Assembly: GCA_965153285.1 (NCBI GenBank)
Contig: OZ229114.1
Source of the DNA: Podarcis tiliguerta
Taxonomy: Eukaryota
Direction: 5' to 3' (one strand)
Length of the DNA stretch: 64,000 nucleotides
Under the pieces are notes generated by a model. The model saw only the letters and a program-made list of their open reading frames with translations, searched no databases and was not told the DNA's origin. Shown here piece after piece: positions 10,222 through 24,096 of this stretch. Position 1 is the first letter of the stretch. Every line of letters starts with the position of its first letter. The position numbers and the translations under genes were made by a program.

Positions 10222-10839
10222 AAGTCATAATGCTCCGCAGTCCACTTTCTAGGACTTTTGGCTGTTAACTGCTTTTGTATTATTTTATGTGATAATTTTT
10301 CTGTACTAGAATGTGAAAGAGATGACTAATTTATAAAAAAGAAAATGTTGCCTTTTCCATTTAAAAGACCCAAACATAGGCATACTAAGCTGCAATAGTC
10401 CACAGCAGCAAAACTGCAGGGGAATGTTTGCCTAGTGGAGGCACATTCCAGCCTCATGCGCTCTTGAATATATGAACTGCCAAATTAATTGTAATGGATG
10501 GCACAGATCCCTTTGCATAAAATGCAAATATATGTGTGTTATCCCTATCAATATGAATTGAGCATCCTTTGCAGGTTGAGGAACTGTATATGCACTGGTT
10601 ACCGGCCTTTAATCCAGCATGCTACAGTATATAGTTCAGCTCAGTGCTTTTCTTCAAGGAAAAAGGGTTCCAGTACTCACCATGAAGTTGTTACAGTAAT
10701 CGTCACACTTTTAACCAGTGCTTTTCTTCTAGAAAATCAAAGTACCAGTACTGCATAGCCTTGAGTACACCCAGAAGAAAAGCACCAGTTAAGCTTAACT
10801 ACTTGCATCCAAATACACATCCCATTGGAGGAAATGCAG

Positions 10840-11030
10840 TGGAAATGGACAAGCAGGTTGATGGACTGTACCTAAAGGGCGTTCATCAACAGCAAATTGT
10901 CAACCTGGAGAGAAGTAGCAAGGAGGGTGCCTTGGGGTTTGGTCTTGGGTACCGCATTGCTCAATATCTTTATAAATGGCTTGAATGAAAGAGTATGTTA
11001 ATCAAAGCTGCAGATGGCACCAAATCAATG
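10840..11030 (+). mobile_element. Degenerate CR1 LINE reverse transcriptase fragment
   Basis: Frameshifted matches to STWREV.SGVPQGSVLG..FNIFIN...LIKFADDTK (e.g. tcaacctggagagaagta, caatatctttataaat, gcagatggcaccaaa). Confidence 0.65.
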
Positions 11031-12939
11031 GCATAAAACAGTCTCTTGCTGTCCATCTCCCCTTCGCATACAGGACTCTCCCTCCACCCAAGCTAAGGAT
11101 TGGGGAAGGACTGGATTGGACTGCAAAGCTTTTAAGACAGCCAAGAGGGATATTCAGTCACAAAGCCAAAAATTGATTGAGAGGAAGAGAACCCCAGGGC
11201 TATTTTTAAAAAAACAAATTTTCTGTCCCCCTCAAAAATGTTTTTGGGAATTTTGTGACTGTTTTCATCCAATGCAAGGTTCTTGTCATTTTTAGCTTTC
11301 CAGGCCAGTCCTCATTATGTACCTATAGAGCTATAGAATAGCTGTTCATGAGTATGTGAGGAAGCTATTTCGTTGTGTTTAACAATTTAGTTGCAGAATA
11401 TAGTGGTTCAATTATGAATATGCAAAAGACCCCATGAAAGACTCTGTTAAACTGTTCATTGTTTTCTCTCTCACACACACATCTCAGCTAAGCATAAAGT
11501 GTTAGCAAGAGCTCCTTTGATTGGGATGTAATTATCTGTGTATGCCTTGAAAATGGACTTTTAATACCCCAAGAAGAGTCGATTATTCACACAGGAGAAA
11601 GCCACTTAATTTAGAAAATCATCTTCCCCACAGAGTTTGATACAGACAATTGTTGTTTTATAGAAACAAAGATGTATAAAATGGGTCTGGTGAGAACAAA
11701 GAACTCATGATAGGTTTAGACAAGGTTTTGAGATATACAATATAACACCAGTCAAAAAATGCAAAAGTAGCTAATTCACACCTGTAAGCAGAGCAAGGCA
11801 AGCTACAAATGCATGTATTTTAGGCTGCCATTCTACACACACTTAACTGGGAATAGCTCCCGCTGAGTTCAGCAGTATATCTGAAAGTCTCAGTAATACA
11901 TAGGATTCCACTGTTACATCAGAGAGGAGTTTTGGTGCTTCAGGCAAGTACACTCTGGTTCAATTAATATACCAGTGCGATGACAAATGCTCTTCTTCAT
12001 GTGATTATCTGGTTTAATAGGTTAATCCACCTGATCTGCCAAATTATAGATTTGCCTATGGGAGTTCCCCAGGCACTTCCAGGCTGTCTCACTTTGTGTA
12101 GATTACTTCCTTTATGCCTTAAGAGTACATGCTCCCAAAGAACAACAAAGAAAGTGCGTGCAATGTGATACATAGGCGGTAGCTAAATGGGGCTCTTGTA
12201 GAGCACATCCACTTTGAAAACAAAAACCACACTGTACAGTAGGAATAATAGTTGAGCTGCACAAATCAAGTGTACACACATATACACACAAACATATATG
12301 TACATGTGTAGTAGAGGCAGTTAGTGAAATGGGTGAACAAGCCTTAGAAAATATTTAAGCCCACATTTCCACCTCTGGGAAATCTGCATCACATTCTGGT
12401 CTACAAAGATTGCTGACTCTATTAGAGAAAGATGGATTGGGAACCAAAGTTCTCATATATCACATCACAATAGGAAGTAACCAAGGAAATATAATTTAAG
12501 AGAAAACCCTAAGAGCCATGTTTTGTGCTCCTTTCCCTGTGATTTCAAATGCATATTTGCTGCAGTGCATAAACTTTAGATTGATTACGTGCCCTTAGCA
12601 TACATTTTTACTCCTCCTAAGGAAGTTGAAACATCTTTTGCCTTTGCTAATTCATTTAAACTCAAGCAAGCATTACATTTGCCTATACTGTAATAGTGAA
12701 ATGGATTTCATTTTTAGAAAACACTCAGCGTTATTCGGGCTGCTAGTTTTCCTGAATTTGGCTCCTATGCCTTTATTTTACCTTTGTAGTAAGAAGAAAT
12801 TTGATAGGTGATCTTTCTTTCCCCACTATAACATTTTCATGCCTGGAAAAAGCTAAATTTGTGCTTCTCATTAAGACTGCAATCCCACAGATTTGCCTGG
12901 AAATAAGTCTTGCAGATTTCTGAGTAGACATGTACTGTA

Positions 12940-13180
12940 CAGTGGTGCCCTGGGTTACAGACGCTTCAGGTTACAGACACTTCAGGTTACAGACTCCGCT
13001 AACCCAGAAATAGTACCTCGGGTTAAGAACTTTGCTTCAGGATGAGAACAGAAATCACGCGGTGGGGTGCGGCAGCAGCAAGAGGCCCCATTAGCTAAAG
13101 TGGTACCTCAGGTTAAGAACAGTTTCAGGTTAAGAACAGACCTCCAGAACAAAGTAAGTTCTTAACCCGAGGTACCACTG
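12940..13180. mobile_element. Tc1/mariner (Tigger-like) MITE
   Basis: TA|CAGTGGT(G/A)CC...GGTACCACTG|TA, 241 bp; the same family in reverse orientation is at 59349-59590. Confidence 0.88.
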
Positions 13181-14764
13181 TATAGGGTTATATTGTAACT
13201 TGATAACACAGGAGCACCTGGGAGAAAAAGAAAAACACACCTGGTGACATTATGTGGATTTCAAGCGTCAGTCTCACCTTTGGTGTAACCACTTTTGCAA
13301 AGTGTATAATTTTACAAACATTTCTTGGACATGGGTAGCACTGGGAGCAGAGTGGGGTCAAAAGTGTGTTCTCTTCTCCTCTCTATTTCCAGATCCTTCA
13401 TAGAAAACCTCCTCTTCCCGCCCCATATTTAAGTCCTCTGGTGCAATTGCTCCTAACATCAATGTATTCACCGTTAACTATGGGTTACCAAACGTCCTCT
13501 TTTAATAATGAAGTGCAACAGCATTCACTTTGTTGAGTAGTGTTTAAACAAACACTTTGGAAAGCTATCACATAAAATGCAAAGTTAAATGAACATCAAA
13601 TTACTGTCCATTTCCGCAGCTTTCAGTGCTAATGGAGATATTTTTGTGACCATTTCCAAATGCTTATTCCCACCCACCCCCCAAATAACACAAAAAGATT
13701 TGTTGTTTGAAAATGCAAGTGGCTGTTAACCATATATTATTTGTAAATACAACATGTTCCTGCATCATTCATTTCAGTGTCTCATTGAGGACTAATTGGT
13801 ATATATTTTGGTTGACATGTATTGTTCTCTTGTAAAGGTGTCAAATTCCTTAGCTATGTCAGTGACAAAAGCCCCCACTGCTTGTGATATATAAATTATG
13901 CTCTTTGCCATATAATCAGCCCTATCTGTTAGAATGCTATTTGCAACAAAACATGTTCAAAATATGTACCAGGCAGATTGGTCTTTCTTCATTTTAATAT
14001 TGTGTTATTCACAGCAAAGTTTTTGATCTGAAGGCTAAAAGGGAACATGTTCCAAGATTTGATCAGCATCGTATCAATTAAGAGGCATTTGATTTCAAAA
14101 GCTGGCGAGGCTTATTAGTACAGTTCAGACTTCAAAATGTAGCTTTCACTATTAACATCTGAAAACATTGCCACTGTGGTTACAGAAGGAACAGTGTGAT
14201 AACATCCTAGTATAGATTGATAATCTGGTATGTTGTAAGTATTCCTATGCAACTAAACTTTATTTCATTTACATTGTATTGTAAGGTATTTTTCGGGGAG
14301 GGTGGGCAATTTGTGGAGACATTTTGGTGGCTGGTGGTGTTTTCATTTTTTTCAAAGGTGTAGGTGCACGGGTATAGAAATGCCCAGCATGAAAAAATAT
14401 AGTGGAGAGCCGAGTAAAGGGGTGACTGGGGAGACAAACACAGCTCAAATACCTGCACTCAGGCTCTGCCCACCAGTGCAGATGGGAAGTGGTGGAATAG
14501 CAATGAATATCAGGACTAGGGGAATGGGAAAATGTGGAAGCTACTTTGCTGAAGGCACACACAAAAGACTTAAATCTGAATGGGCTGTTTGCAGTATAAG
14601 GTTATTTTCTTCTCTACCACTGAGGTACAGCCCTTCTCTATCCAAAGCTACAAAAGCCAATGTCTGATATGTTCCTACCTTCTGATAGCTAGGCAACCCT
14701 AAATCTGTAATCTTTCAATCTCTCTCGCTCTTAAAAAAATAAAAAATATTCAGAAGTATTATCA

Positions 14765-15330
14765 TTATTTTATTTATTTACACTCCACTTTTCCCCCAGA
14801 ACCAGGACTCAAGGCAGCTTACAAAAATTAAAACAATCACAGAAAGCTAAAAAAAAATACAGAAGATAATTGTTTAAAAGTAACTAAGCTATAATTGAAT
14901 TAAAACAATGTAAACAACAACAACAACCAAATCTATTAAACTACAGATAGTAAAAGCACTAAAAGCAGCACCATTTAAAGCCCTTTCCTCAAAAGCAGTC
15001 AGTTCCCAAAGGCCTGCCAGAATAAAACTTCCTGCCAGTGGAAGGAAAACAAAGAGGGAGCCAATTGAGCCGCACTAGAGAGTTCCAAAGTTTGGGAGCA
15101 GCCACTGGGGAGCAGTGGCGTAGCGTGGGTTGTCAGCACCCGGGGCAAGGCAAGTAATTTGCACCCCCTAACCTGTGGATTTTAGCACTCGAGTCTCTTC
15201 CACTAGATTAGTTAGTGCGAGCGCCCCCCCCAGATGTTGCGCCCGGTGCGGTCGCCCCCCTGCACCCCCCACGCTACGCCACTGCTGGGGAGGCCCTCTC
15301 AAGTGCCCCCACCAAATGGGCAGGTTCGTA
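14765..15330 (-). mobile_element. L2-type LINE 3' fragment (interrupted by a hAT MITE)
   Basis: TTTATTTATT...CTCAAGGCAGCTTACA 3' end and GAGTTCCAAAG...GCAGCCAC...GGCCCTCTC body. Similar fragments at about 5740-5990, 21370-21830, 34720-35060 and 51715-52100. Confidence 0.6.
15113..15284. mobile_element. hAT MITE with CAGTGGCGTAGC termini
   Basis: Perfect 17-bp TIR CAGTGGCGTAGCGTGGG; perfect 8-bp TSD CTGGGGAG at 15105-15112 and 15285-15292; CpGs retained. Confidence 0.9.
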
Positions 15331-16139
15331 TGTTGAAAACCCCAAGCTTTTAGCCTCAAGAGGTAAAGTCCAGGATGGGGTATTCCATTGCTATTTCTGT
15401 GTATCTGAACAATTTCTACCTATTAGTTCAGCTCCTTTGGTGGCCTATGCCATTTCCCCATACATGGCTTTACTGGAGTAGCACTATTCCACCAAGAAGG
15501 AATTTTAAGAAGTAGCTTCTAATGGAAGTAATGTTAATGATTATAATTTGTAATATAGCAGATGCCGTCTAATTTGCCTCCCTCTTCTGATGGCAGGCTG
15601 TACAAATTATAGGCTGAGGAAGAAAATCAAAGTCTAAAGGTTAGGAGATTAAGTCAAAGATTTAGAACTTAAATGCTCAACAAGGTACTATACAACACCC
15701 TCACACACACTGCTACACCAACAATCAGTGTAATTAAATTAACACATTTCTTTAAAAAAAGAAAACCCACCTCCCACAAAATCAAGTACTGCAGATACAC
15801 ACAAACCCTTCAGATATTACGGGACAGATTAAAGAGAGCTGAACTCAAAACGTTTCCGTCAGATTTTAGATAAAATAAATGGGGGGCTTCTACATTAACT
15901 AAACAGATGCAAGCAAAGGAATACTCTAGCGAAAAAGGAGGTGAAAATAAATGTACCTCAGTTGCGATAGGAAATCTGAAAAACTCCCCCAAGGTAATTT
16001 TGAAAAATTCACTGAAAGCAAATCTACATTCTAAACGTGCCTCAGAAACAACTCTTTCAGATGCCTGTTTCTTTGTACCATTGTTGCAGGGAACCCAAAT
16101 GTCACCAGCGGCCCCTTCTGTTGTTAGAAAGCAGCATTT

Positions 16140-16270
16140 CCCAAGCACTGACTGGTAGCAGCTCTCCATAATTTCAGGCAGGAGCATTTGTCAGCCTTAT
16201 CTGAAGGTGCTGGAGATACTGGAGACTGAACCAGAAACTCTCCTGCATTCAAAACAAGTGATCTACCACA
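16140..16270 (-). mobile_element. Squam3-type SINE fragment
   Basis: CACTGACTGGTAGCAGCTCTCC...TCAGGCAGG...CTGGAGATACTGG; further copies at about 46078-46248 and 46835-46932. Confidence 0.6.
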
Positions 16271-17221
16271 CCAGCTGTATCAGGCACATCTACGCCTGAA
16301 CTGTGCCAGCTGGTCATTAAAAGAATTGGTGCCTGAGTTTTATTTTTTCATCTTCCTTCCCTGTTCTTTTCTCCTTGTGTGTCACTTTTCTTTATATAGA
16401 GATTATAAATCTGCAGGCATGGATTGTTTTGTTCTAACTGATTGTATGTTAGCCACTCTGGGTGACTTTTTGGCTGAAGAGTGGGGTACAAATGCTCTAA
16501 ATAAACTACAGCCCTCCCTTTACATATTTGTATGTAAAGTTCAGGCCACTGAACTGGCCTGAATCACCACTTCTGTCAACCTGTGAAGGATGCATCCTGT
16601 CACTCACTCAGTCCTCTGCCTTATGATCCTTTCAGTTGCTTTTGTAGGCAGCAGTAAGCAGTAACCCTACTCAATGCAAACTGTCTGCTCCTTTTCTGGC
16701 TCAGTCTGCAGTCCACCTACAGCTGTGACTGATGTCACTTCCAGATGCAAAGGTCAAACCAGGCAAACTCCATGGTGGCACTGAGCCAGATGTGCAGTTA
16801 ATGGCTTGAGTCATACCCACATCTGGACAGGCTATCATACTATGGAAAGCTGACAGCTGCATGGCAATACCAGGATAGGAAACTAGTTGAACGTCTTACT
16901 ATGCTTTAGTTCAAAGAGTTTTTAAACTATGCATCTTAGCATCTGAATGACCTTCCACACAGACTCAAGATCTCTGTGCCAGCTCAAATATATAAGATAT
17001 AGGGTGTGAAGTCAACAGCTAGAGCAGTAACTGATGCTGCAGCTGTGATCCAGATGTGCTCTAGGCAGAAATACATTTTTTTAGGGTCAGTTTCAAAACC
17101 ATAATCATCTGTCTAACAACTTGATATTTTAAAATGTAAATAATATTATTTCATACCAAGTGGTTAAACAAACAACATGATAGGATTATTCTCATATGAT
17201 CTCAGGTATTTCTGTATATTT

Positions 17222-17391
17222 TTAATTGTTTGCTGCAGTTAAGGGGATCTTTTCTTCCTTGATCGGTTCTTGAAACTTTACAGCCTTCCGTTTCTTATCA
17301 AGATAAATGCCATAGCTCACTTCCGGGTGATTGCAGACAGAACAGCTTCTGCTCACATTACCAAAGGTCTTTCCGATGCCAGAACGTTCAT
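17222..17391 (-). CDS. SPMIP5: C10orf82/SPMIP5 terminal coding exon
   Basis: cttgtag| phase 1; (H)ERSGIGKTFGNVSRSCSVCNHPEVSYGIYLDKKRKAVKFQEPIKEEKIPLTAANN*. The spliced CDS totals 735 nt = 244 aa + stop. Confidence 0.8.
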
Positions 17392-18130
17392 CTACAAGAC
17401 AAAAAGGCCTATTTCAATGCTTAAAGCCTTGTGACAAGTACAGTCAAGGGGTCTAAATGTTCATTGCAGTTTATGGGGAGGCTCAGATTGGTGGGCTCCC
17501 ATCCATAGGGCGAGTACTTGCAGGGAGATAATGTGGGAGGCAGCAGGGCCCATAAGCGTGGGTGCACAATTTTGAGGGGGCACAACCCATGTGCACACAC
17601 ACAGGGATCATGAGGCAATAAACTCTTTATACTTTGAACTGAACTGTGTGGGAAAGGAGTTTTCTTAACCAGGAAAACAGGAAAACACCAATGTTCTGCT
17701 AGATGGCTTTGCTGGAGCTGTGCATACCCTGCTGATCATAGTGGTCAAAGTGTGATGTAGTATCAGCAACAGATGGTGAGCCCAGTATAACAGGATATGG
17801 GCCAACTGACTTCTACAAGACTAACAAGGTCTTCTTTGGAGGCAAAGGGGCTCTTGTGTGCCCTGCTTCAGAACACCTGCTCAATCAACTCAATGAAGAT
17901 ATAGTAGAAAGCATGATAACCTTTGACTGAGTTATTTTAACTCACATGCACAAGCAAGGCACATAAAGACCCTTTTCGTCTGAGGACCAAAACAAATCGA
18001 GCAATACCCCTCTCATCACCAAGCTGACTCTCTTCTTCTCCAGTCCAAGAGTTGAGACAGGTGAACGTGGTCTTGTGAACAGGCCAATAGCAAGTGGCCA
18101 GTTTCAAATAATGCAATCCTAAAGCCTTAC

Positions 18131-18228
18131 GTGGAATATGCCCAGTATACTTCGGCATCATCCCTTCTGGCCTGTAGAATCTCTGGTATGGGCGTGATTC
18201 TTTGAGTTTGGTTGCAGGGATCTCTTTC
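18131..18228 (-). CDS. SPMIP5: C10orf82/SPMIP5 coding exon 4
   Basis: ttgtag|...|gtaagg, 98 nt, phase 2-1; KEIPATKLKESRPYQRFYRPEGMMPKYTGHIP. Confidence 0.85.
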
Positions 18229-18399
18229 CTACAAAATAAATAAAATAAATGATGTTTTGGTGCTTGCCATTCTCCAACTTTCTTGACTGTAACAACATAT
18301 TATGTGCAGCTTTGCATATGACTGAAACAGTGCATGTGATAGTCTTATCAAATGCTTCTGGCAAGGCAGAATGTCTCTGGTTTTCATATGGCTAAGACA

Positions 18400-18495
18400 A
18401 GTCCAGACCCTCCAAGTGTCCCTATTTTCCAGGGGCATCCCTGATTTAGAGAAGCCATCCTGGTTTCTGATTTGATCCTGGAATGTCCCACTTTG
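18400..18495. mobile_element. Probable hAT element terminal fragment
   Basis: CAGACCCTCCAAGTGTCCCTATTTTCCAGGG...GAATGTCCCACTTT subterminal-like motifs; the other end was not found. Confidence 0.45.
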
Positions 18496-18883
18496 GGCCA
18501 TATAAGAACTGCTGCTGCTGTTGCTGCTGCTACCCAGGAGGACTCCCCTGCTGAGCGCCTGGGGCCCCCAGTCCTGCCACTCACCACATGGCCTAGGTTG
18601 TGACTCACAGCATCAAAAGTTATACATAATTACAAAAATATAACCACAAATTAAGCATCTCCAACAAAAGCCCCTAAACAATTTCCACCCTGATATTTTC
18701 TCATCATCCTGAGAGACAGGTCTTGTAGGATTCACAGCGACAAAGATCTTGTCTTATCATGCTAACAGCTGCTCATGCAAAATGATCAAGGTGTTTAATA
18801 ATAATATAAAATCACAGGAGGAAAAGATATAAAAATAACACAATGGTTGAGAATAGATGAATGAGTAACATTATGTAACATTA

Positions 18884-19201
<318 letters not shown>

Positions 19202-20860
19202 TTATGTAGAAATTACCAAAGACCAAATATAAAGCGATGAAATGGGGCATTACTTGAAAGCTTACTGAGGCTAAAAATAACCCTACATAGAGTGAGGAGA
19301 ACGACACAAATAACTTGCACCATGTATTTTCTGCCTGAATCTGGTTGGTAGATCTTGGGGTTCTATGAAAACATGAAGTAGATCTGACAAGCCTGTAATC
19401 TGTGAAACCTTGTATTACTCCACCATTAGCCAACCATTGCAAAGAATTTACTACAGGAAGAAAGACAGGTGCTCTTTAAAACATTCCAGTTTCAAGAGAA
19501 AGGGTCTAAGTGGAAAAGAGTTGTATACAATTCCCATCAGTGAGAAAGAGAAATAACAGTTCTATATAGCTCATGGGTTGGATCAAGAATCCGAATATCC
19601 TGAGAGAAGACCACTGAAGAAGTCCTAAGGAAGGTTCAGAGCTAGAGGTTGGAAGCACTGCTAGTTCTCCAATTACAGTATTTAGAGGCACCCAGTACTG
19701 GCTGCACTCCAGCAAGAGTAGAACCTAAAGCAAATTCCACTGTGCTAGGTAGTAAGCAAAACCATGGGTATCAGTCTGTGTTATGGCAAATTTGCTAGAT
19801 AATCATATATACTAATAGCAATCTAAATTATTCAAGCACAGCCAAAATACCATGACCCATGTACAACAGGAAGGTATCAGGAGGCTTTGAAGGACCAAAT
19901 TTGGCAAAAGTACAAACATAATTTGGGGGGGACCCCAAACCGCCCAAGACTGACCATGCTCAGTGGCCATGGACAGCTGACCAACTGCTGTGGTGGATGT
20001 GGGGGGACAGAAAAGCAGGTGAGAAGATGAATGGAATGGAACATCCTGAATGGGAGTAAATCACACTGCAATATTTTGTTGCAAGTCTTATGGTACTTGC
20101 ATATTAGGTTTCTACAAGTCTGAAGCCTCCCTTTTGGAAGAAATAACTCAAAATGCACGTTGCTTCCTTTCTATTTCTCCAGCTGAGCTTTAGAGGTCAT
20201 GGGGCAGGTCCATGTAGCTGTAGATAAAAAACTCAAGACAGAAAGCAATTTCTGTTGCTCTTCATCTGTAATAACAAAGCTATTAGAGCCCTTTGTCATG
20301 GTTTAGTGCTGCTAGTTGCAAAGATAGAGAAAGACCTGGAGAAAGTGACTGGTACTTTTCTCAAAGAGGGAACCATCATTACCCCCTTAACCACCACAAT
20401 TCATCAAAACAGACTTAAGATCTCCTCTGCCTTCCGATGCAACGTTCAGGCCACATGTGGATCACTGCCGGGAGCTCCCCCTATGGCAAAGCAAAAATGC
20501 TTTTGCTACTAGAATTTGTCATCTGTGCACGACAGCAGAGGAACAAAGGTCAGTGTTTTGCTTTAAAAGAAAATGAAAAACTGCCTAAAAGTTTCCACAT
20601 TCTGTTAAAAAGAATAAAAGAGAAAACATTCACAGATAGCTTTTTGTGTGTGCAATGACTCACATCCAACAGAACTTTTACTCCACTGCTCAATCGACTG
20701 AAACTGCTTACAAAGTTACAGGAATGAAGATGGCAGAAAGCTGAAAGCTCAGAATTATCTCTGTTACACCACGTTGGAGAGAGTTAGGAAACAGAGTCAA
20801 GAAGGAAAGTTTGTGTCAAGACCTGGATGTGGGCTAGTCAGGCACAGGAACAAAAAAGTA

Positions 20861-21217
20861 CAGTGGTGCCTCACAAGACGAAAAGAATCCGTTCTGCGAG
20901 TCTCTTTGTCTAGCAGTTTTTTCGTCTTGCAAAGCAACCCTATTAGCGGATTAGCGCTATTAGCGGTTTAGCGGCTATTAGCGGCTATTAAAGGCTTAAG
21001 GGATTAGCGGATTAGCTGCTAAAAGGCTATTAGCAGCTTAGTGCCTTAGAAAAAGGGGGTGGGGAGCGGGGGAAAAAAGCAGGAACTCGCAAGACATTTT
21101 CGTCTTGCGAAGCAAGCCCATAGGAAATTCGTTTTGCGAAGCACCTCCAAAACGTAAAACCCTTTCGTCTAGCGGGTTTTCCATCTTGCGAGGCATTCGT
21201 CTCGCGGGGCACCACTG
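20861..21217. mobile_element. Tc1/mariner (Tigger-like) MITE with internal TTAGCGG/GCTATTA microrepeat
   Basis: TA|CAGTGGTGCC...GGCACCACTG|CA; internal degenerate repeat at about 20940-21040. Confidence 0.85.
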
Positions 21218-21673
21218 CATAGTGGTATAGCCACAAGTGGAACATGCCCTGATCTAAGGTCAGGTTACATCAGTGGCACAACCACCAATTTGCGGGTTTC
21301 TTTTAAGAGACAGAGATGGAATCGCTAAAGCATTAAAGGTGGTGCTCATGCTTAGGGTTAAAATGATGCCCTGGGTCTGTTGTTATTAATTAATTAATTT
21401 CAGTCATGAAGCATTTCTTATGAAGCATTGTGAAGCAATTTCACAAGACTCTGTGTATGTGTGTATTTGTGGGGGTTTTTAAAGTTAAATATATACAATT
21501 TCAAATCCAATACAGATACAGACTAGGATAAAAAAGATCTCAACTTAGAAGGCTTGTTAAAGGTGAAAGTCTTCAACAGGCAACAAGAAGATGGAAGAGA
21601 TGGCGCCTGTCTCATATGTAGCCAGTGAGACTTCCAAAAGGCAGGTGTGGAACAGACCAACTTTGTATGGCAT

Positions 21674-22623
21674 AGGCCTCCTGGCAAGACAATACCTGCA
21701 GGATGCCCTCTGCTGCAGAGAACACAGATCAGCTGGGAATATGAAGGGGGATAAGGTATTTTAGGAGTCCTGGTCCCAAACTGCACAGCGCCTTGTATAG
21801 CACCTTGAACAGAGCCTGTTCATGAAAATGTTGAAGCAGGCAAACATGGTGGATAAATATGCTTATCAGGGTGGGTGGAAGGTTTCATTTGGAACTAAAT
21901 TTCACCTGTAGATCAGCAAAGTGTATATAACATGCCAAGCCAAGCCAAGCTTCTTTTTTCTTCCTTTTTTTCTTCCTTTAAGTTGCATGCCCTAAGCTAG
22001 CTCACTGCTAACATGACATCTGCTCCCTTTGTAACCCTGTATCTCCTCAGAGGGCAAGCATCATGAAGAAAGGAGGCTTCCTCTTGAATGGGAACCATAC
22101 ACTTTAACTCAGTCTAGCAAACCAGCCACCAAGCTTGCAGCAACCACCCCCTGCCCCCCTGAGCCTGACCTTAAATATTCAAGCCTGCCACATATGACGG
22201 TGACTCTAAGGATGCTACGTGCAATGAGTTTTCTAGAGTGGTAGCTTGTCTCTGACCCACCTCCTCTCCACACCATATGCTTACAGCACATTCAAAGTAC
22301 ATGGCTCCCCTTCAAAGAATCCTAGGAACTGTAGTTTGTTAAGGGCACTGGGAATTGTAGCTGTAACAGGTCAACTACAGTTTTGAGGATTCTTTGGGGG
22401 AAAGCCTTGATGTTCTTTAAAGGTATGGGGTGGATGTGAAAACAACATGGACTCTGCTACTCTGCAGAAACTTGGGATCAAGAGCTGCATCTCCCATAAC
22501 TGTATCATAGTGGAACAGGCCTCCTGGTAAGATAATACCTGCAGGATGCCCTCTCCTGCAGAGAACACAGATCAGCTGGGGACATGAAGGGGGAGAAGGT
22601 ATTTTAGGAATCCTAAGCCCAAA
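21674..22623 (+). repeat. 107-bp direct repeat pair (21674-21780 and 22517-22623)
   Basis: Ungapped alignment with 10 mismatches in 107 nt by manual count. Confidence 0.85.
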
Positions 22624-22649
22624 TTAATTAGAAATGAGGCATACTATAC

Positions 22650-22871
22650 CCAGCACATTTGGATGGTGTTTGCTATTATAGTCATCAAGTACGTTTATTA
22701 CTTCTTCATTCGAGCAAAGAGGTGGCAGCTGGGGTGCTGTAGCCGCTGTGAGCCTCAGTTCTTCCATTTGGTCACATTTTCTCTGAGTAGCCTCGCGAAA
22801 CGCATTCACACACCACACAGAATCGTTTCCAAAGCTAGTTCCAATTCGGTAGAATCTATAAGGGATGTAGC
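22650..22871 (-). CDS. SPMIP5: C10orf82/SPMIP5 coding exon 2
   Basis: ccag|...|gtatag, 222 nt, phase 1-1; YIPYRFYRIGTSFGNDSVWCVNAFREATQRKCDQMEELRLTAATAPQLPPLCSNEEVINVLDDYNSKHHPNVL. Confidence 0.9.
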
Positions 22872-23624
22872 CTGGAAAGGGCAACAGAAGTTCACAACCA
22901 TCATGAAGGACTAGTCTAGGCTTTCCTTCAACAAAACGTCTTGTGTGTGTCTGCAGCCCCAGGACTATCATAAGGATAATCCCACTGTTTACTCATTATT
23001 TGTGTATACAGGCTTCGTACAGTCCATGGTGGGAGCCAACTTAATATTCTGTTGCATTCATAGTAAATGCATCAAAAGGATGATCTGGCGGGTCATATAC
23101 ATGGGCTTTCAGCTCCAGCCCTTTTCAGAGTGATCATATTTACCTGCCCATCATCAACTTGTCACTGTGACATTTGTTGCCATTTGATTAATTTGCACAA
23201 CATGAAATTTGGTGTTTCCGGACACAAAGTTTTGCAGCTGCCGTGTGTACTGATTTAGTGTCTGATGCCTGCAAAACTGGGTGCTGTTGATTCCCAGGCT
23301 TCTAGTCAGAGGGTAGGTATGAGTGTTGGAATTCTTCACAAGAAAGTGAACATCAGCTTTCCGTCACCTTCCTAGCATTTTAAAGCCTACTGTCACACTA
23401 CCAACCACTGAGATTTATACCCAAGCAACTAGAAATTTAGCAGATGTCTGAGTCTCAACATTTACTTTGCCGAAACAGCCAGTGTCATTTGTAGATAATT
23501 AATAAAAAATGTTAGAATAGAGCATGTATTAGCAAGAGTTTGCAGGTGTGCCCACTGCAGCTGCCTATTTTATTTAGTTATGCTTTCTGTTTTTTTTTAT
23601 TTAAGGTATTTAAGGTATATACAC

Positions 23625-23648
23625 ACCCACCCACCCACCCACCCACCC
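23625..23648 (+). repeat. (CCCA)n microsatellite
   Basis: acccacccacccacccacccaccc read directly. Confidence 0.85.
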
Positions 23649-24096
23649 TGCAGGTAACACACTCTAAAAATACCGAGTGCAGAAGAGAGCCTAATTTGCC
23701 AGTATAAAATTGCTACCCAGATCTTCAGAAAGAGAGCTAGGTATGTGCTTGTGTTTTGGTGTCTCAGTACAGTGTAAGGAGTGGAGCATGAAATATGTGG
23801 TGCAGTTAGGTAGTTGTAGACTCTAGACTTAGCAGCCTTGTGAAGGGACCTATTTAGATAGTATTGTGTACTGTACAGTATTACTCTTCACCAGTAATAC
23901 TGTTGTTCTGCATTTGGGGCTCATCCTATCACTCTGCTAGTGATGTCAGTCAGTGGTCAGGGATGATGGGAGTTGTAGCCCAGCAACTTGTAGACGTGAG
24001 GCGCATAAGCTTCCCACCCCTTGGGAGAGAGCCTGAGAGAAAGGTGTTTTCCCTCATTCATCAGACAAGACTAGGGTGCTGGGTCAATCCTCACAG

